Assembly (NCBI RefSeq): GCF_006345805.1
Contig: NC_043000.1
Location: 69,068,001 to 69,132,000, forward strand
Direction: 5' to 3'
Origin: Octopus sinensis
Lineage: Eukaryota
Length of the DNA stretch: 64,000 nt
Positions 37,924-53,049 of the stretch are shown here, one piece after another. Position 1 is the first letter of the stretch. Each line of letters starts with the position of its first letter. Both the position numbers and the translations under genes were made by a program. The notes under the pieces were generated by a model, which made no database searches, was not told where the DNA came from, and saw only the letters and a list, made by a program, of their open reading frames with translations.

Positions 37924-39424
37924 GCTCTTGAATTAAAAGTTCGCACATGGTCTGGATGCAAAAATGAGATGCTGCAACCTTGATATTTTCGAGCAACTGG
38001 AAAGAGAGGCTGAAATCGAGGTGAGGCTAATGAGAATGAGAAAACTTTACATTCCGGCTATAAAGCCAAAATATTAGAGTATTCGTTTCACATTGGTTAA
38101 TAATGACAGGTGAATGTGTTGATCGACTTAAACAATACCTGTCGAGTGTGAGGGTTGTTTTGCCACATATTTGAAATCTGTCAGAAGGCAGAATAGTAGA
38201 AAATAATATCATGCTGCACTACCAAATAATATCTAGTTTTTTCTTATATTTGCTTTAAATTTCACTGACTTTGTTATTAGTTATTCTAGGATCGACTAAG
38301 TAAGTACCATACATATATTGTAGTCATGTTAATCGACTATGATCCTTCCCTTGAAAATTGTGGTCATGTGACAATGTAAGAGATTATGGAGTAATAATTA
38401 CAACAATGTATCTTAAATACGTTGTACTATTTAGAGATTAAACTCGATGCTTGTTGATATACAAATATAAGTAAGAAGTAATGTCCCTCTAATTTTAGTT
38501 CAGAGTGTGCAAAAATCTTATGTGGTGTACATTTTTCTTGTGACAAAAATATGTGTACAAACAATACACGGTAAGTATAATTATTAGTTATCACTTATTT
38601 TTTTTAGCTAACTAACCTTTTGTGCACGCATTAATTTCTTGTGTACACAAATTTCGTGTATGTACACGAACACACAGCTTAAATACAATAGGAGTTGTCT
38701 CCCTTAGCCTGTGTGTTTTGCAAGAAGATAGATTTTTCAAAGAATATAGTTAAAAGAAAATAGAGACACAATAAAAGCAAGAAGTAGGTTACACCTATTT
38801 GTTACATTGTAATTCTTTTTTTTCTCTAATTTATATCCTACACTAATTGATATCATATATATTTGGAAAATGGGGATCTGAACGGTAGAACAATTTGGCA
38901 TCTTTCTTTCTCATTGTATTATGTAAAAGAGATTGATGGTGACGCTATAGACGAATTCATGTGAATCAGAAAGAAAAACAACAAAAACCTTTAAAAACAA
39001 AACTATTGTTGCATGAAATCTCACTTCACTTTCCTTGTCATGAATACTCTCAGAAAAAGCTTGAGTATCACAAATACATATACCCTGCTCTAAAAATATC
39101 TGGTTAAACAACTGTATAAGAAATCATATTCTAAGAAGTTTATTCACAGAAATAGGTATTGCTTAGATATTGGTGTCATTTGTAACCCAGATGTGGTGAA
39201 AATTTTTCTTAATATAAGACGTGGATGCTTCACAGTAGCTGCTGTTATTAAGCACAGATAATTTAAATATGTGTAAGAAAGAATGGTGTCCATGGTGATA
39301 ATTTAAGTATGTGTAAGAAAGAATGGTGTCCATAGAAAATCAGAAATAATTGGTCCTCTCTTGACATGAAATAACATAGAATCTAATGAGATGTGATGTT
39401 AAGAAATTACTGTTAATAATGGTT

Positions 39425-39820
39425 TCAAATTATGGTACAAGGCCAGTAAGTTCAAGGATGAGAGCTAGTCAGTTACATCAACCCCAGTGCTCAACTGGTA
39501 CTTATTTTATCAACACCGAAAAGGATGAAAGGCAAAGTCAAACCTGGTGGTATTTGAAATCAGAATGTAAAGACTAAATCATTATTAATATCAATGAATT
39601 ATAAGGTGGTGAGCAGGCAAAATCATTACTGTGCTGGAAAAAATGCTTAGTGGCATTCCTTCTGACCTTACATTCTGAGTTCAAATCCTGCCAAGATTGA
39701 CTTTGCTTTTCATCCTTTCAAGGTCAATAAAATAAGTACCAGTTGAACAATGGGGTTGATGTAATCAATTTATCCCTTCCCCGAAATTGCTGGCCTTGTG
39801 CCAAAATTTGAAATGGTTTC
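39425..39820. mobile_element. Two Meta-domain-type SINEs back to back (minus 39425-39580, plus 39600-39820)
   Basis: Both carry the tttcatcctttc.gggt.gataaaataagtaccag core, in opposite orientations. Confidence 0.8.
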
Positions 39821-39829
39821 CTGTGAGAG

Positions 39830-40050
39830 GAGTTGAAAAATCAAACCAATGCTGAAAGTGCATTCAAAGAGTTCATCAGCTCCAGAACACCAGATTTTTA
39901 TGTTACCAGAATAAAAAAACTTGTAACTCATTGGCAAAAATGTGTTGATTGTAATGGTACTTACTTTGATGAATAAAATTTCTGCATTGTTGAAATATAT
40001 TCTGATGAATTTCATGTTTCAAAACGTTTCTTACTTTTTACTCAGCCTGA
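39830..40050 (+). mobile_element. Mariner 3'-end fragment
   Basis: NAESAFKEFISSRTPDFYVTRIKKLVTHWQKCVDCNGTYFDE* and a TIR-like end ttactttttactcagcc. Confidence 0.75.
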
Positions 40051-40089
40051 TGCAAATCCTGCCCAATGACAAAACACCTGTAAAGAGTA

Positions 40090-40425
40090 AAGACCCATTT
40101 TGGTTATGAATGAAAATGGGATTCCACCTATGAAGTTCCCCTCCAAGGCACAAGTCTGGACAAGGTTATTTATGGAAGATCAGTAATCACCCAGGCATAC
40201 CAGCCTCCCCTCTCCAAGCCACTGATGTTACCCAAGGGAAAGGCAAAGCCAATACAGCTTGGCACCAGTGATGTCATAACTCATTTCTACAGCTGAGTAA
40301 ACTGGAACAACGTGAAATAAAGTGTCTTGCTCAAGAACACAACATACAGCTCGGTCTAGGAATAGAACTCACTACCTCATGATTATGAACCTGACTCTCT
40401 AACCACTGAGCCATGTGCCTTCACA
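40090..40425 (-). mobile_element. tRNA-derived SINE
   Basis: Minus-strand head ggcacatggctcagtggttagagagtc with A/B boxes, then gtgttcttgagcaagacacttt. Confidence 0.8.
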
Positions 40426-40486
40426 GTGGATATATATAAAGGTATGAACTTGCTAGCCACTTTATTATTATAATTATTATTTATGT

Positions 40487-41365
40487 AGGTGATGTTTCAG
40501 CCAGCCCCTGGCAAACAATACCATGAGCCTCAGATAAAGGTGAACGGACGGATCCTACGAGCAGTGGAAAACTTCACCTACCTGGGCAGCACTCTCTCCT
40601 GCAATGCCAACATAGATGCTAAAATCATCAACAGAATCTCCAAGGCAAGCAGCACGTTTGGGAGACTGCGAAAGAAAGTCTGGGAGTGGAAAGGAATCAG
40701 CCTCAACACCAAGCTGAAAGTCTACCGGGCAGTCGTGCTTACCACTCTACTATACGGCTGCGAGACGTGGACTGCTTATCGAAGGCACGAGCGCCAGATA
40801 AACCACTTCCACCTCAGGTGTCTTCGGAACCTCCTTCACATCCGCTGGCAGGACAAAGTTCCAGACACAGAAGTTCTGAAGTAGGCAGATCTCGCTAGCA
40901 CCATCACGATCATGCGCAAGACCCAGCTGAGATGGGTAGGCCACGTCTCCCGCATGTCTGACACTCGCATCCCAAAACAGCTCTTCTACGGTGAACTCAG
41001 CCAGGGAAAACGCAAAGTCGGAGGGCAGAAGAAGCGCTTCAAGGACAGTCTCAAAGTCTCTCTCAAAGACTTCTTCATCGGCACAGAGACTTGGGAGACA
41101 CTTGCTGCCGACCGCTCATCCTGGTGCAGTGCAATCACCACAGGAGCAAAGACAGCTGAGGAGAGACGGATTCAGTCAGCAGAACAGAAACGCCAGATGC
41201 GGAAAGCCAGAGCCACCTGCACCAATAGCACAGCCCCTACCCACTTCAGCCCCACCTGTGGGAGGGGCTTTCTTGCCCAGATTGGCCTCACCAGCCACCT
41301 CTGGTCTCATAGCAGCAATTCCACCAAATGATGTCAATGGTCATCTTCGAACCCAAAGGACGAAC
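40487..41365 (+). mobile_element. 5'-truncated RTE-BovB-like LINE (RT C-terminus), young
   Basis: ORFs 40489..40884 and 40912..41331 are in frame with a single stop: FTYLGS, KLKVYRAVVLTTLLYGCETW, QLRWVGHVSRM, PKQLFYGEL, C-terminal (C)PTCGR...GLTSH; tail ...aaggacgaac then (ATT)n. Confidence 0.95.
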
Positions 41366-41374
41366 ATTATCATA

Positions 41375-42624
41375 ATTATTATTATTAATAATGGTAATAA
41401 TATCTATTTAATTTTATATTGCACTGGCTTACATTATGTTTGTCTTTGAATGTCATGGGGGCATTCAAATGAAAGAATGCACATGGTGTAATGTGATGAA
41501 TATTTCAGAAATAGATGTTTTGCGTTAAGTTTAGCTGACAAGCTTTAAGTACGTTTTTCATACAGAAAGCAAAATCAATTGGTCCCAGAATATATGTATT
41601 CCTTACTTCTGTAGTTCATAGAAGGTAAGCCTATTCTTTTTAATGTCTGTTGTATTTACCGTGTGTATTTTAATAGTGAGTAATTTGTGGTTTTAGAGTG
41701 ATAACCATGTTTATAGCAAGTGGTATTTTAATACCCTACTGAATTTTGCTTGTATTTTTACCTATAATGGTATAAAGTTGCTGGCCACTTATTATTATTA
41801 TTAATAATGGTAATAATATCTATTTAATTTTATATTGCACTGGCTTACATTATGTTTGTCTTTGAATGTCATGGGGGCATTCAAATGAAAGAATGCACAT
41901 GGTGTAATGTGATGAATATTTCAGAAATAGATGTTTTGCGTTAAGTTTAGCTGACAAGCTTTAAGTACGTTTTTCATACAGAAAGCAAAATCAATTGGTC
42001 CCAGAATATATGTATTCCTTACTTCTGTAGTTCATAGAAGGTAAGCCTATTCTTTTTAATGTCTGTTGTATTTACCGTGTGTATTTTAATAGTGAGTAAT
42101 TTGTGGTTTTAGAGTGATAACCATGTTTATAGCAAGTGGTATTTTAATACCCTACTGAATTTTGCTTGTATTTTTACCTATAATGGTATAAAGTTGCTGG
42201 CCACTTTATTATTATTATTAATAATGGTAATAATATCTATTTAATTTTATATTGCACTGGCTTACATTATGTTTGTCTTTGAATGTCATGGGGGCATTCA
42301 AATGAAAGAATGCACATGGTGTAATGTGATGAATATTTCAGAAATAGATGTTTTGCGTTAAGTTTAGCTGACAAGCTTTAAGTACGTTTTTCATACAGAA
42401 AGCAAAATCAATTGGTCCCAGAATATATGTATTCCTTACTTCTGTAGTTCATAGAAGGTAAGCCTATTCTTTTTAATGTCTGTTGTATTTACCGTGTGTA
42501 TTTTAATAGTGAGTAATTTGTGGTTTTAGAGTGATAACCATGTTTATAGCAAGTGGTATTTTAATACCCTACTGAATTTTGCTTGTATTTTTACCTATAA
42601 TGGTATAAAGTTGCTGGCCACTTT
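41375..42624. repeat. Tandem triplication of a 416/417-bp unique-looking unit
   Basis: Marker gcactggcttac at 41421, 41837 and 42254; gttgctggccacttt at 41777, 42193 and 42610. Confidence 0.97.
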
Positions 42625-42729
42625 ATTATTATTATTATATTATTATTATTATTATATTATTATTATTATTAATGATAATAATAATGGTAATGATACCTAT
42701 TTAATATTATATATATATATATATATATA

Positions 42730-43730
42730 GTGAGAATTTACAAAAAAAAACAAAAGATGAAGACAGGTGTGTAAACAACAAACAAATGTATTAGTTTAAT
42801 GCTCAGGAAGTGAGAAAGTCTTTTACATTTCAAGCCTATGCTCTTCAACAGAAAGGAACACAGAAATAAACAGGGAGAGAAAATAGAAAAAAATATAGTG
42901 GCTAGCGATCTATCATGGCGAATGCTAGACAGAGGGGTCACACAAGAGAGCTAGGAAGAAGGGGAGATAATAAAGTAGTGGTGATCCCAAAACGAAGGTG
43001 CGCGTGCGTGTGTATGTGAGAGCATGTATGTGCATGTGGAAGGGGGCTGGTGACATTGACGTGTACGTGTGTGCATATGTAGGTGTGTGGATGATGGTGT
43101 AGCTGCTGGGAAGTGGTCAGTACTAGTGTGTGCACCAATGTGGGTGTTGGGAAGTGGTCAGTGCTACTGTGTGTGATGTGATGTGGTGTGTGGCGTGGTG
43201 GTGTGGTGGTGTGTGGTGTGGTAGTGTTGGGGTGTGGGGGGAGAGTGGGGAAGCAAGGGTGGGGTCTAAGGGATGGGGTGGGGGTGGGGGTGGGATGGGA
43301 TGTATAGGGATGATGGGGTAGGAATGTGTAGAGGTGGAATAACGAGGAGGGGGTGATGATGACGGGAGAGGGTGAAAGGGAGAAGATGGGTAGGAGTAAA
43401 GAGAAAAAGTAGGTGTTAGAGCAAGATAGGAGAGGTGGGTGGGACGAAGTAGGTGTGAGAGGAAGAGAGGAGAGAGGGGGAGGGTTAGATGAAGAGGGGA
43501 GGAGAGTCGAGTCCATGTGGCGCAAAGGAGTGAAGAAAGAAGATTAATCTCTGCTCACGGCGAAGACGGGAGTCCGGATGCCTCCTGTGCAAGACAATCC
43601 GAACACAGGCAGGTGTTGTAAAGAGTGACCGGTAGAGTGGAAATGGTGCGAGACTGGGGTGTCGTTGCCGAGTCGGATGTCTTGCAGCACTAAAATTAAC
43701 ACTTGCCAGTTGCCAGAAAACCATTAAAAA
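42730..43730 (-). mobile_element. Penelope-like element 3' end (GIY-YIG C-terminus, low-complexity UTR, terminal repeat)
   Basis: ORF 43485..43724 contains RRHPDSRLRREQRLIFFLHSFAPHGL; terminal segment contains CTGTTGAAGAGCATAGGCTTGAAATG. Confidence 0.75.
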
Positions 43731-44022
43731 ATCAATAAACCGACCCCTTAATGTCCATAAGTTATTTTGCAGCCAAATTCGAGTTTTTCGCTTTCTTCTG
43801 CCTCCTTTTTTGTCTGACTAATGGTATGTGCACAGTCCTGATAATTTTCCATGATTATGCTGTTCCAGGTGTGAAAACAGAAGCCCAGTGACAATTAATT
43901 ACTCTCATGAAAAGGTCCAACTAGCTCATAAACAACAAAACTGGCCCCGGCTGAAATGTGATAAGAAACTTAGCTCTAGATTTAGTGAGAAATGTTTACT
44001 GTGACCCGGCAACGAACAACAA

Positions 44023-46638
<2,616 letters not shown>

Positions 46639-46864
46639 CTCATCACAAAACTCCCACTTTAACAGTCCGGCTTCCTTATTTCTCCCTCTTCCCCCTTCAC
46701 TGTCATCTTCCTTACTTCCGCTCTCTCTCACACTCACTGTCTGTCTTTCTCTAGACCACGCCTGTCATCTTTGTTGCTGCCTCTCGCCGACTCCACCATC
46801 TCCAACTCACTCCCTTGTCCGCTCCACTCACGGTTTCTCGCTGACTGCCCAACTAACTTGATGC

Positions 46865-47240
46865 TAGCCGTGGTTAGGGCAGCGGATTTGCGGTCATAGG
46901 ATCGCGGTTTCGATTCCCAGACCGGACGTTGTGAGTGTTTATTGAGCGAAAACACCTAAAAGCTCCACGAGGCTCCGGCAGGGGATGATGGTGATCCCTG
47001 CTGTACTCTTTCACCACAACTTTCTCTCACTCTTACTTCCTGTTTCTGTTGTACCTGTATTTCAAGGGACCGGCCTTGTCACTCTCTGTGTCACGCTGAA
47101 TATCCCCGAGAACTACGTTAAGGGTGCACGTGTCTGTGGAGTGCTCAGCCACTTACACGTTAATTTCACGAGCAGGCTGTTCCGTTGATTCGGATCAACC
47201 GGAACCCTCATCGTCGTAACCGACGGAGTGCTTCCACCAT
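46865..47240 (+). mobile_element. tRNA-derived SINE, CpG-rich (young)
   Basis: A box tggttagggc and B box ggtttcgattccc, followed by a non-tRNA body of about 300 bp. Confidence 0.8.
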
Positions 47241-47454
47241 ATTTATAACGGGTAGCATTTTTATTTTTTTAAAAACTTTCCGTGACCGTGTGGGATCATA
47301 ATACAATACCTAAGATCATTAATAATCGTGGTCTTTGACAGGACAAAGAAAATACCATTGTCCTGAACAACTGGAGCGCCGGTTCAATTCCAACTAATGG
47401 AACAAAGGGGCATAATGTTTTCTGTTCGTTTACTTTTTCTTGCCTCCGTAACAG

Positions 47455-48010
47455 TATGTATGTATGTATGTATGTATGTATGTATGTATGTATGTATGTA
47501 TGTATGTATGTATGCATGTATGTATGTATGTATGTATGTATGTATGTACGTAATTGCTCCTCTTTAGAAGATCTTATGATATTCAGAACCACTCATAGCA
47601 TGTGGATATAAGCACCATAAAAGCCATATCTCCAGATGTTTGGTGCGCATTCAAACAATGGACCCGTGTTGATTCGACAGTGGTACAAAAGAATCTTCTC
47701 TTAAGGCCATAAGGACTTCCTGATGACATTGAGGTCATCAAGGACAACATATGCTTTCATGAGATGAATTTTTACATTCTTTTCTGTGGTTGTGATGGTA
47801 CTAAATACACAAAGGAGTCTTCAGATTTTAGAGGGTTTTGCATAATTGTGCATTTAAAACCCTCATAATTATAGTAGATGTATTTAGTCTTCCATTTTCC
47901 CTGTAATGTTTATATGTAGTTGTTTATTGATATCCTGTGCTTCGGTTGAGATATAGACTGATTAACGTTTGATTGTTTTGAGTCACCAAATGTGTAATGG
48001 ATTTGTTAGA
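47455..48010 (-). mobile_element. (TATG)n (47455-47548) adjoining a decayed RTE RT fragment
   Basis: Minus frames RRFFCTTVES and YGAYIHML*VVLNI...EEQL match the RTE RT C-terminus. Confidence 0.6.
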
Positions 48011-50862
48011 AGTCCAAGGAATAAATGACAGGTGAAAAATAATAGTTAAAATGAACTTTATTTTACTATTACGATATAAAAGACAGCTACTTCAGGTTGT
48101 TGTATAAAGATAAGTAGATGTTCTGTTGTACATTTGCATGTAATTGTGTTCATCTGGATGATAACTAGAAGACAATCAGAAGAAGGGGAGGTAAAAAGAG
48201 TGAGAGAATTTAACCTCTCTGGATTGACGAGTAGAGAGTATGGAAGTTGAACAGTCCCTTGGTGACATGCAAGACGTGCTTTTTCCACCAGGTGCCAGGC
48301 GAAAGATCCAGAATTGAATTTGGGCTCTGTACTTATAATTTTTTCCAGCTGAAATTAGGTCAGGGTAAACAAAGGATTTTCTGTCTGTTATCTTGTATAA
48401 ACTGTATTTAACCTAAGGATCTTCAGGAAACAGTAGGACATATCTAAATATGATAGTTGACTCTGATAAATTTCTTTGTACAAATGCTGAGAACAATAGG
48501 AAGGGACTTATAAAAAATTTTAAATGGGTTTCGAATCCTAGTTAAAAATTCAGTAAGCAATTTACTTCACTCCAAAAGTGAGAGAATACAAATGTCTGAT
48601 TCCTAAATAAAACTAGTCTAGGCATAACTAAAAATTTATTGAGGGATTAACTCTTACAGCAATAACAACAAGAGTTTACAACAAATTGTTGCTGAACCGT
48701 ATGTAGTATGAACTGGAGAAGGTTTTTCTAAGAAGCCAAAACGTATTCAAGAAAAATCAGTCTGCTGTTGGGTGGATTTCATTGATCTGGAGTCAGGGCA
48801 AACATACTTTAAGCCATCTTACTGCTTGTAGACTTCTCAAAAGCTTATGAATTTGTTCTATCAGATAAAAATGGAGTAAATTCTTCAACAAGTAGTAGTG
48901 ACAGTAATAATGTTTTATAAGAGCAAAAGAACCAAAATTCTTTGTTCTGATGGAGACACTGATTTCTTCATCGATGCTAGAGGATACACATGCACTATTC
49001 CTATTTATCAACTGCCTAGTCACGTCCTTTATATTTCAATTGGGAGGTGGAGTTTAAAAATATGAAAGAACTTGGCTTCACTCTAAACAAAATCCACCTC
49101 CCCTCGTAATAAAACCATATCAATAACAAATGTAGAATATATCAAATATATTGTTCTCTTCGCAGACACCATCTCAAAGGTTACCAACCTTCTATTTGAA
49201 CCCGGAAAAGCAGAGGCAGATATTGGTCTACAGGAATATAAAGCAGTCCATAATTATTGTTCTGCATATAAATATAAAAAATAGAATAAGTTCAATTTGT
49301 ACTAAATATCACTTTAAACAATTTCATTGAGAATTTATTAATGTTTTCAAGAATTTTTGATATTGTGTACCTCCCACCACAAAAAAAAAATAAATAAAAT
49401 AAAATAAAAAAGGAAAATAGTACGACAACAAATCCAAACAATAATCATTTACTAACTCAGGTCCTCTATAATCTAATTTGTGCCTTATGTGCTTTAAATC
49501 TGGCTTTAAAAAAATGTGTCATGATTGCAATTTCATGTTGTTTTGATTTCAGTCTTATCAACGCCTATGTTTGTATTGACAACTATTACCATGCCAACCG
49601 AACCAACAGCGCCAACGTAAATTCTTCTGTTTCCGCCCTTGCTTACAAGTGTTACACTCATACCCCTATATTAACAACGTCAGAGGTTCTTGTCTACTGT
49701 TTCCACATTAATGACATCATAGCTGACAAAAAAGAAAAAAAAAGTCCTGATATGGTAACAAATTGAGGTTATGAATTCCGACTTTAGCTTAAAATTATCA
49801 GTATTTACTACGACACCCACTCCTTATTTGTTTTTTTTTTTTTGTTTTTATTAATGATATTATTTTCAATACTTGAATAACAGATGGATAAATTACATTC
49901 TTCTATTTATTAAATACGCAAAAAAAAAAAAAAAAAAATCAGTTTGAGAGAAATATTGTTTTGTTAATAAACAGAACATATTTGCCATTTCTTTAACATT
50001 TTCTCTAAAAATACTGCTTTTACGATTTCAGAATATTCAGAACAATGTGTAACTGTATACTTATATATCGAGATCAGGATTTATCATTATTATAAATCGA
50101 TTTATTCAGGCTGATGTTTTCGTTTTGGTTGTTACAATCACAAAGTTTCAGCTGTTTTACCCTTCTTCAAGGTGACTGGTATATTCATTAACGTTCTCGA
50201 ATCGTAAACTGAACCTTTATTTAAACCACGCGGTGTACAGTGTCCTCATACTGTTGCATAAGTCCAGGATACTTTTTTCCTACTTGTGCTGTATCTTTCT
50301 CGTTTCACATAAACCAAAGTATGAAACTAAAATATAACTTCCACCAGAGACTTAACTTAAACCAGAGACTGTTGAGTAAACTGACATCCCTGTAATATCG
50401 ATTATTGATTAGTGTTTTTCATCTGGGTTGTTGTTGTTGCTGATGACGACGACGACGATGGTGATAGACTTCATTCAACTGAGAATCATGCTGCACACTG
50501 CGACATACATGCATTTTCATGTTATTTCTGTTTTAGTATTTAACTTTGTAAATCATTATGACATATATTAGTAACAGAGCTGACGGGGAGATGAGTCGCT
50601 TATATATATTTTTGAACAAGCTCACTGGCTGATCGCAACTCCAGTACTTGCTCTGGCACTGTTTTTTCTATATATCACAGACGGGGAGATAAGTCACTGC
50701 TATCTCTAAGAGTCGAGCATCCATCATTGAAGAGACCAATGAAGGTCGAAATCACGTGGAGATGGTGGAAGTTTATCTCCCCACTAGCGATATAAACATT
50801 TTGCACCAAAAGCCAGTATGAGAGTTTCTCTTGTATCTACCACAGTATAGGTTGTTCACACA

Positions 50863-53000
50863 GAGGGGTGGGCAATTTACTGCCCGTTACAGAGTTTTCT
50901 GCGACCCGCGGAAGCATTCAGCAAAAAATTTTCCAGGTTTAAAATTTTCGTAAACTGATTACGGTAAACTGCTAGTGCCAAGGCATGCATAGTCCCTTCA
51001 TACGTAACAGTTTTCTCTTTACAACAGTAAGATCTGTAACGTTCCGACTCGGACCCACCTAAAAAGCGCAAAATCTAAAAAGAATGTCGTGCGTTCTGTG
51101 AAGACTGAACACACAAATATTTATTCAGTAATTCAGAGAATAAGGCAGTGTGTTTACTGTGTCGTGAGGCAGTTGCCATATTCAAGGAATACAATTTGAA
51201 ACGACACCACTAAACAAAACATGACGAGTTTGGTAGCGAAATGTCTGAGGAAGAACGCAAGAAAAAAAGCTGCAAAGTGTGTTACGAAGCTGAAGAAGCA
51301 GCAGACCATATCTACGAAGCAATCGACACTCCGGGATAGTGCTACAGAGGGAAGCTTCATGGTAGCATGGTGAGTTTGTTAAGCAGTACTTGGTAGATTG
51401 CGCAAGCGTACTGTGCTATGACGCAAGAAACAAATTCGAAACCATTTCATTATCAAGAAGCACTCTAGTGCGGCACATACACTTAATTAGTGACGAACTA
51501 ACAGAACAGCTGAACACTGTAAGTAAAAATTTTGTTTGGTTTTCTTTGGCACTGCACAAGAGCGCTGATAACCAAGACACTGCACAGTTACGTATCTTTG
51601 TCCGTGGAATTGATGAAAATTTCGTCATCACAGAGGAATGACTTTTTTTGGAATCGATGAAAAATACAACCACTGGTTAGGACATGTTTGAATGTGCTGT
51701 GGATTGTGTGGAGAAAACTGCCGTGTCATGGAATAGAATGGCAAGCATTACAATAGATGGGGGCCAGAGTATTTACTGGATAAAATGTGGGTATGGCTAA
51801 ACTTTCAGAGAACAAATTAAAAGCTAACACCCAGACAGTGATATTTTGTCTTTTCATTATATTTTGCAACAGAAAAGCTTCTGTAAAGCTGCACTGGACC
51901 TAAAGCATGTGGTGAATCCTGTAGTGAGCGTAGTGAACACAATCAGAACAAGGGCGCTCTTCCATCGACAATTTAAATCTCACCTTCAGGATATGGAGGT
52001 ACAGTATGGAGATGTGATTTACCACAACAGTGTTCGGTGGTTGAGCCTGGGCAAAATGCTAAAATGGATTTGGGAATTACAGAATGAAATCCTCCTCTTT
52101 TGGACATGAAGGGGATTTCGTGCGATTTTGTGACCAAAATGGGGTGTGAGGAGTGAAGATATGTGATGATATTTGCAGCTGATATGTTTGAGAAATTAAA
52201 TGAATTGAACGTGACATTGCAAAGAAAGGGGTTGTTTGTACATGAAATGTTCAGGCACGTGAGATCATTCAAAACAAAACTAGGTCTGTTTGCAAGGTAA
52301 GCAGGCGAGGGCAAGTTTTGTCACTTCACATCATTAAGAAAACAGAAAGTACCTGCAAGTGATTCTTCCAAGATTAGGGATCATTGGCTGAGTTTGGAGG
52401 ATAAGGTTACAAAAAAATTGAGCCAGATTTAAATTTGTTATCTTATCCTGCTTGTACTAATTGATATGCAGTAAGATCACATGCTGAAAGAAATGCTTAA
52501 TCCTGTGACATTAATAGAATTTTACAAATCTCTTTCTACTGACAAATTTTCATGTGTGAAGAAATTTGCAGGGAAAATGTTTTCTATTTTTGGATCCACA
52601 TATATTTGTGAGTAAAGTTTTTCTTTCATGAAAATCGACAAGAGTAAAAATAGATACTCTGTGACTAATATAAACTTGCAGGCAGTGATGAGGATCTCAA
52701 TAAGCAACCTCACTCCTGATTGCAAAAGAATTGTAAATAAGTGCGACAAGTTACATTTGTCTCATTAAATTACTTGTGCTGGCTGATGTGTAATTTGCAC
52801 ATAAATAAATTCAATGAAACCTTTTATGTGTACCACTATTGCTTTAGTTTTATTCATTTGTTATTATGATGAATCTACACTTCGCATTAAATGAAATGTT
52901 ATGTTAACTAATGAATACGATCAGTTATATAAAGCGCGACCCTCCGCTAACCACGGCCCTCTCAAAGTGGCCCTCGAGCCAAAACAATTGCCTACTCCTA
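50863..53000 (+). mobile_element. hAT (Charlie/SPIN-like) transposon relic
   Basis: TIRs aggggtgggcaa and ttgcctactcct; possible diverged 8-bp TSD ttcacaca/ttctaaca; transposase pieces KAVCLLCREAVAIFKEYNLKRHH, FSLALHKSADNQDTAQLRIFVRG, YHNSVRWLSLG and FGSTYICE. Confidence 0.9.
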
Positions 53001-53049
53001 TTCTAACAGAATATCCGCATTTAAGTGGGGATAAATATTACATGTCATT

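Noticed and set aside
39257-39335. 40-bp tandem duplication
   Set aside because: Ordinary local slippage duplication with no further structure.
41375-42624. Satellite or CRISPR interpretation of the 416-bp repeats
   Set aside because: Whole units are identical with no unique spacers; only three copies.
42938-43525. 195-aa Pro/Thr/His-rich ORF
   Set aside because: Low-complexity 3' UTR of the Penelope-like element.
46865-46935. tRNA gene (also 40350-40425 and the heads of CORE-SINEs)
   Set aside because: A/B boxes are present but there is no complete cloverleaf, and they run directly into SINE bodies.
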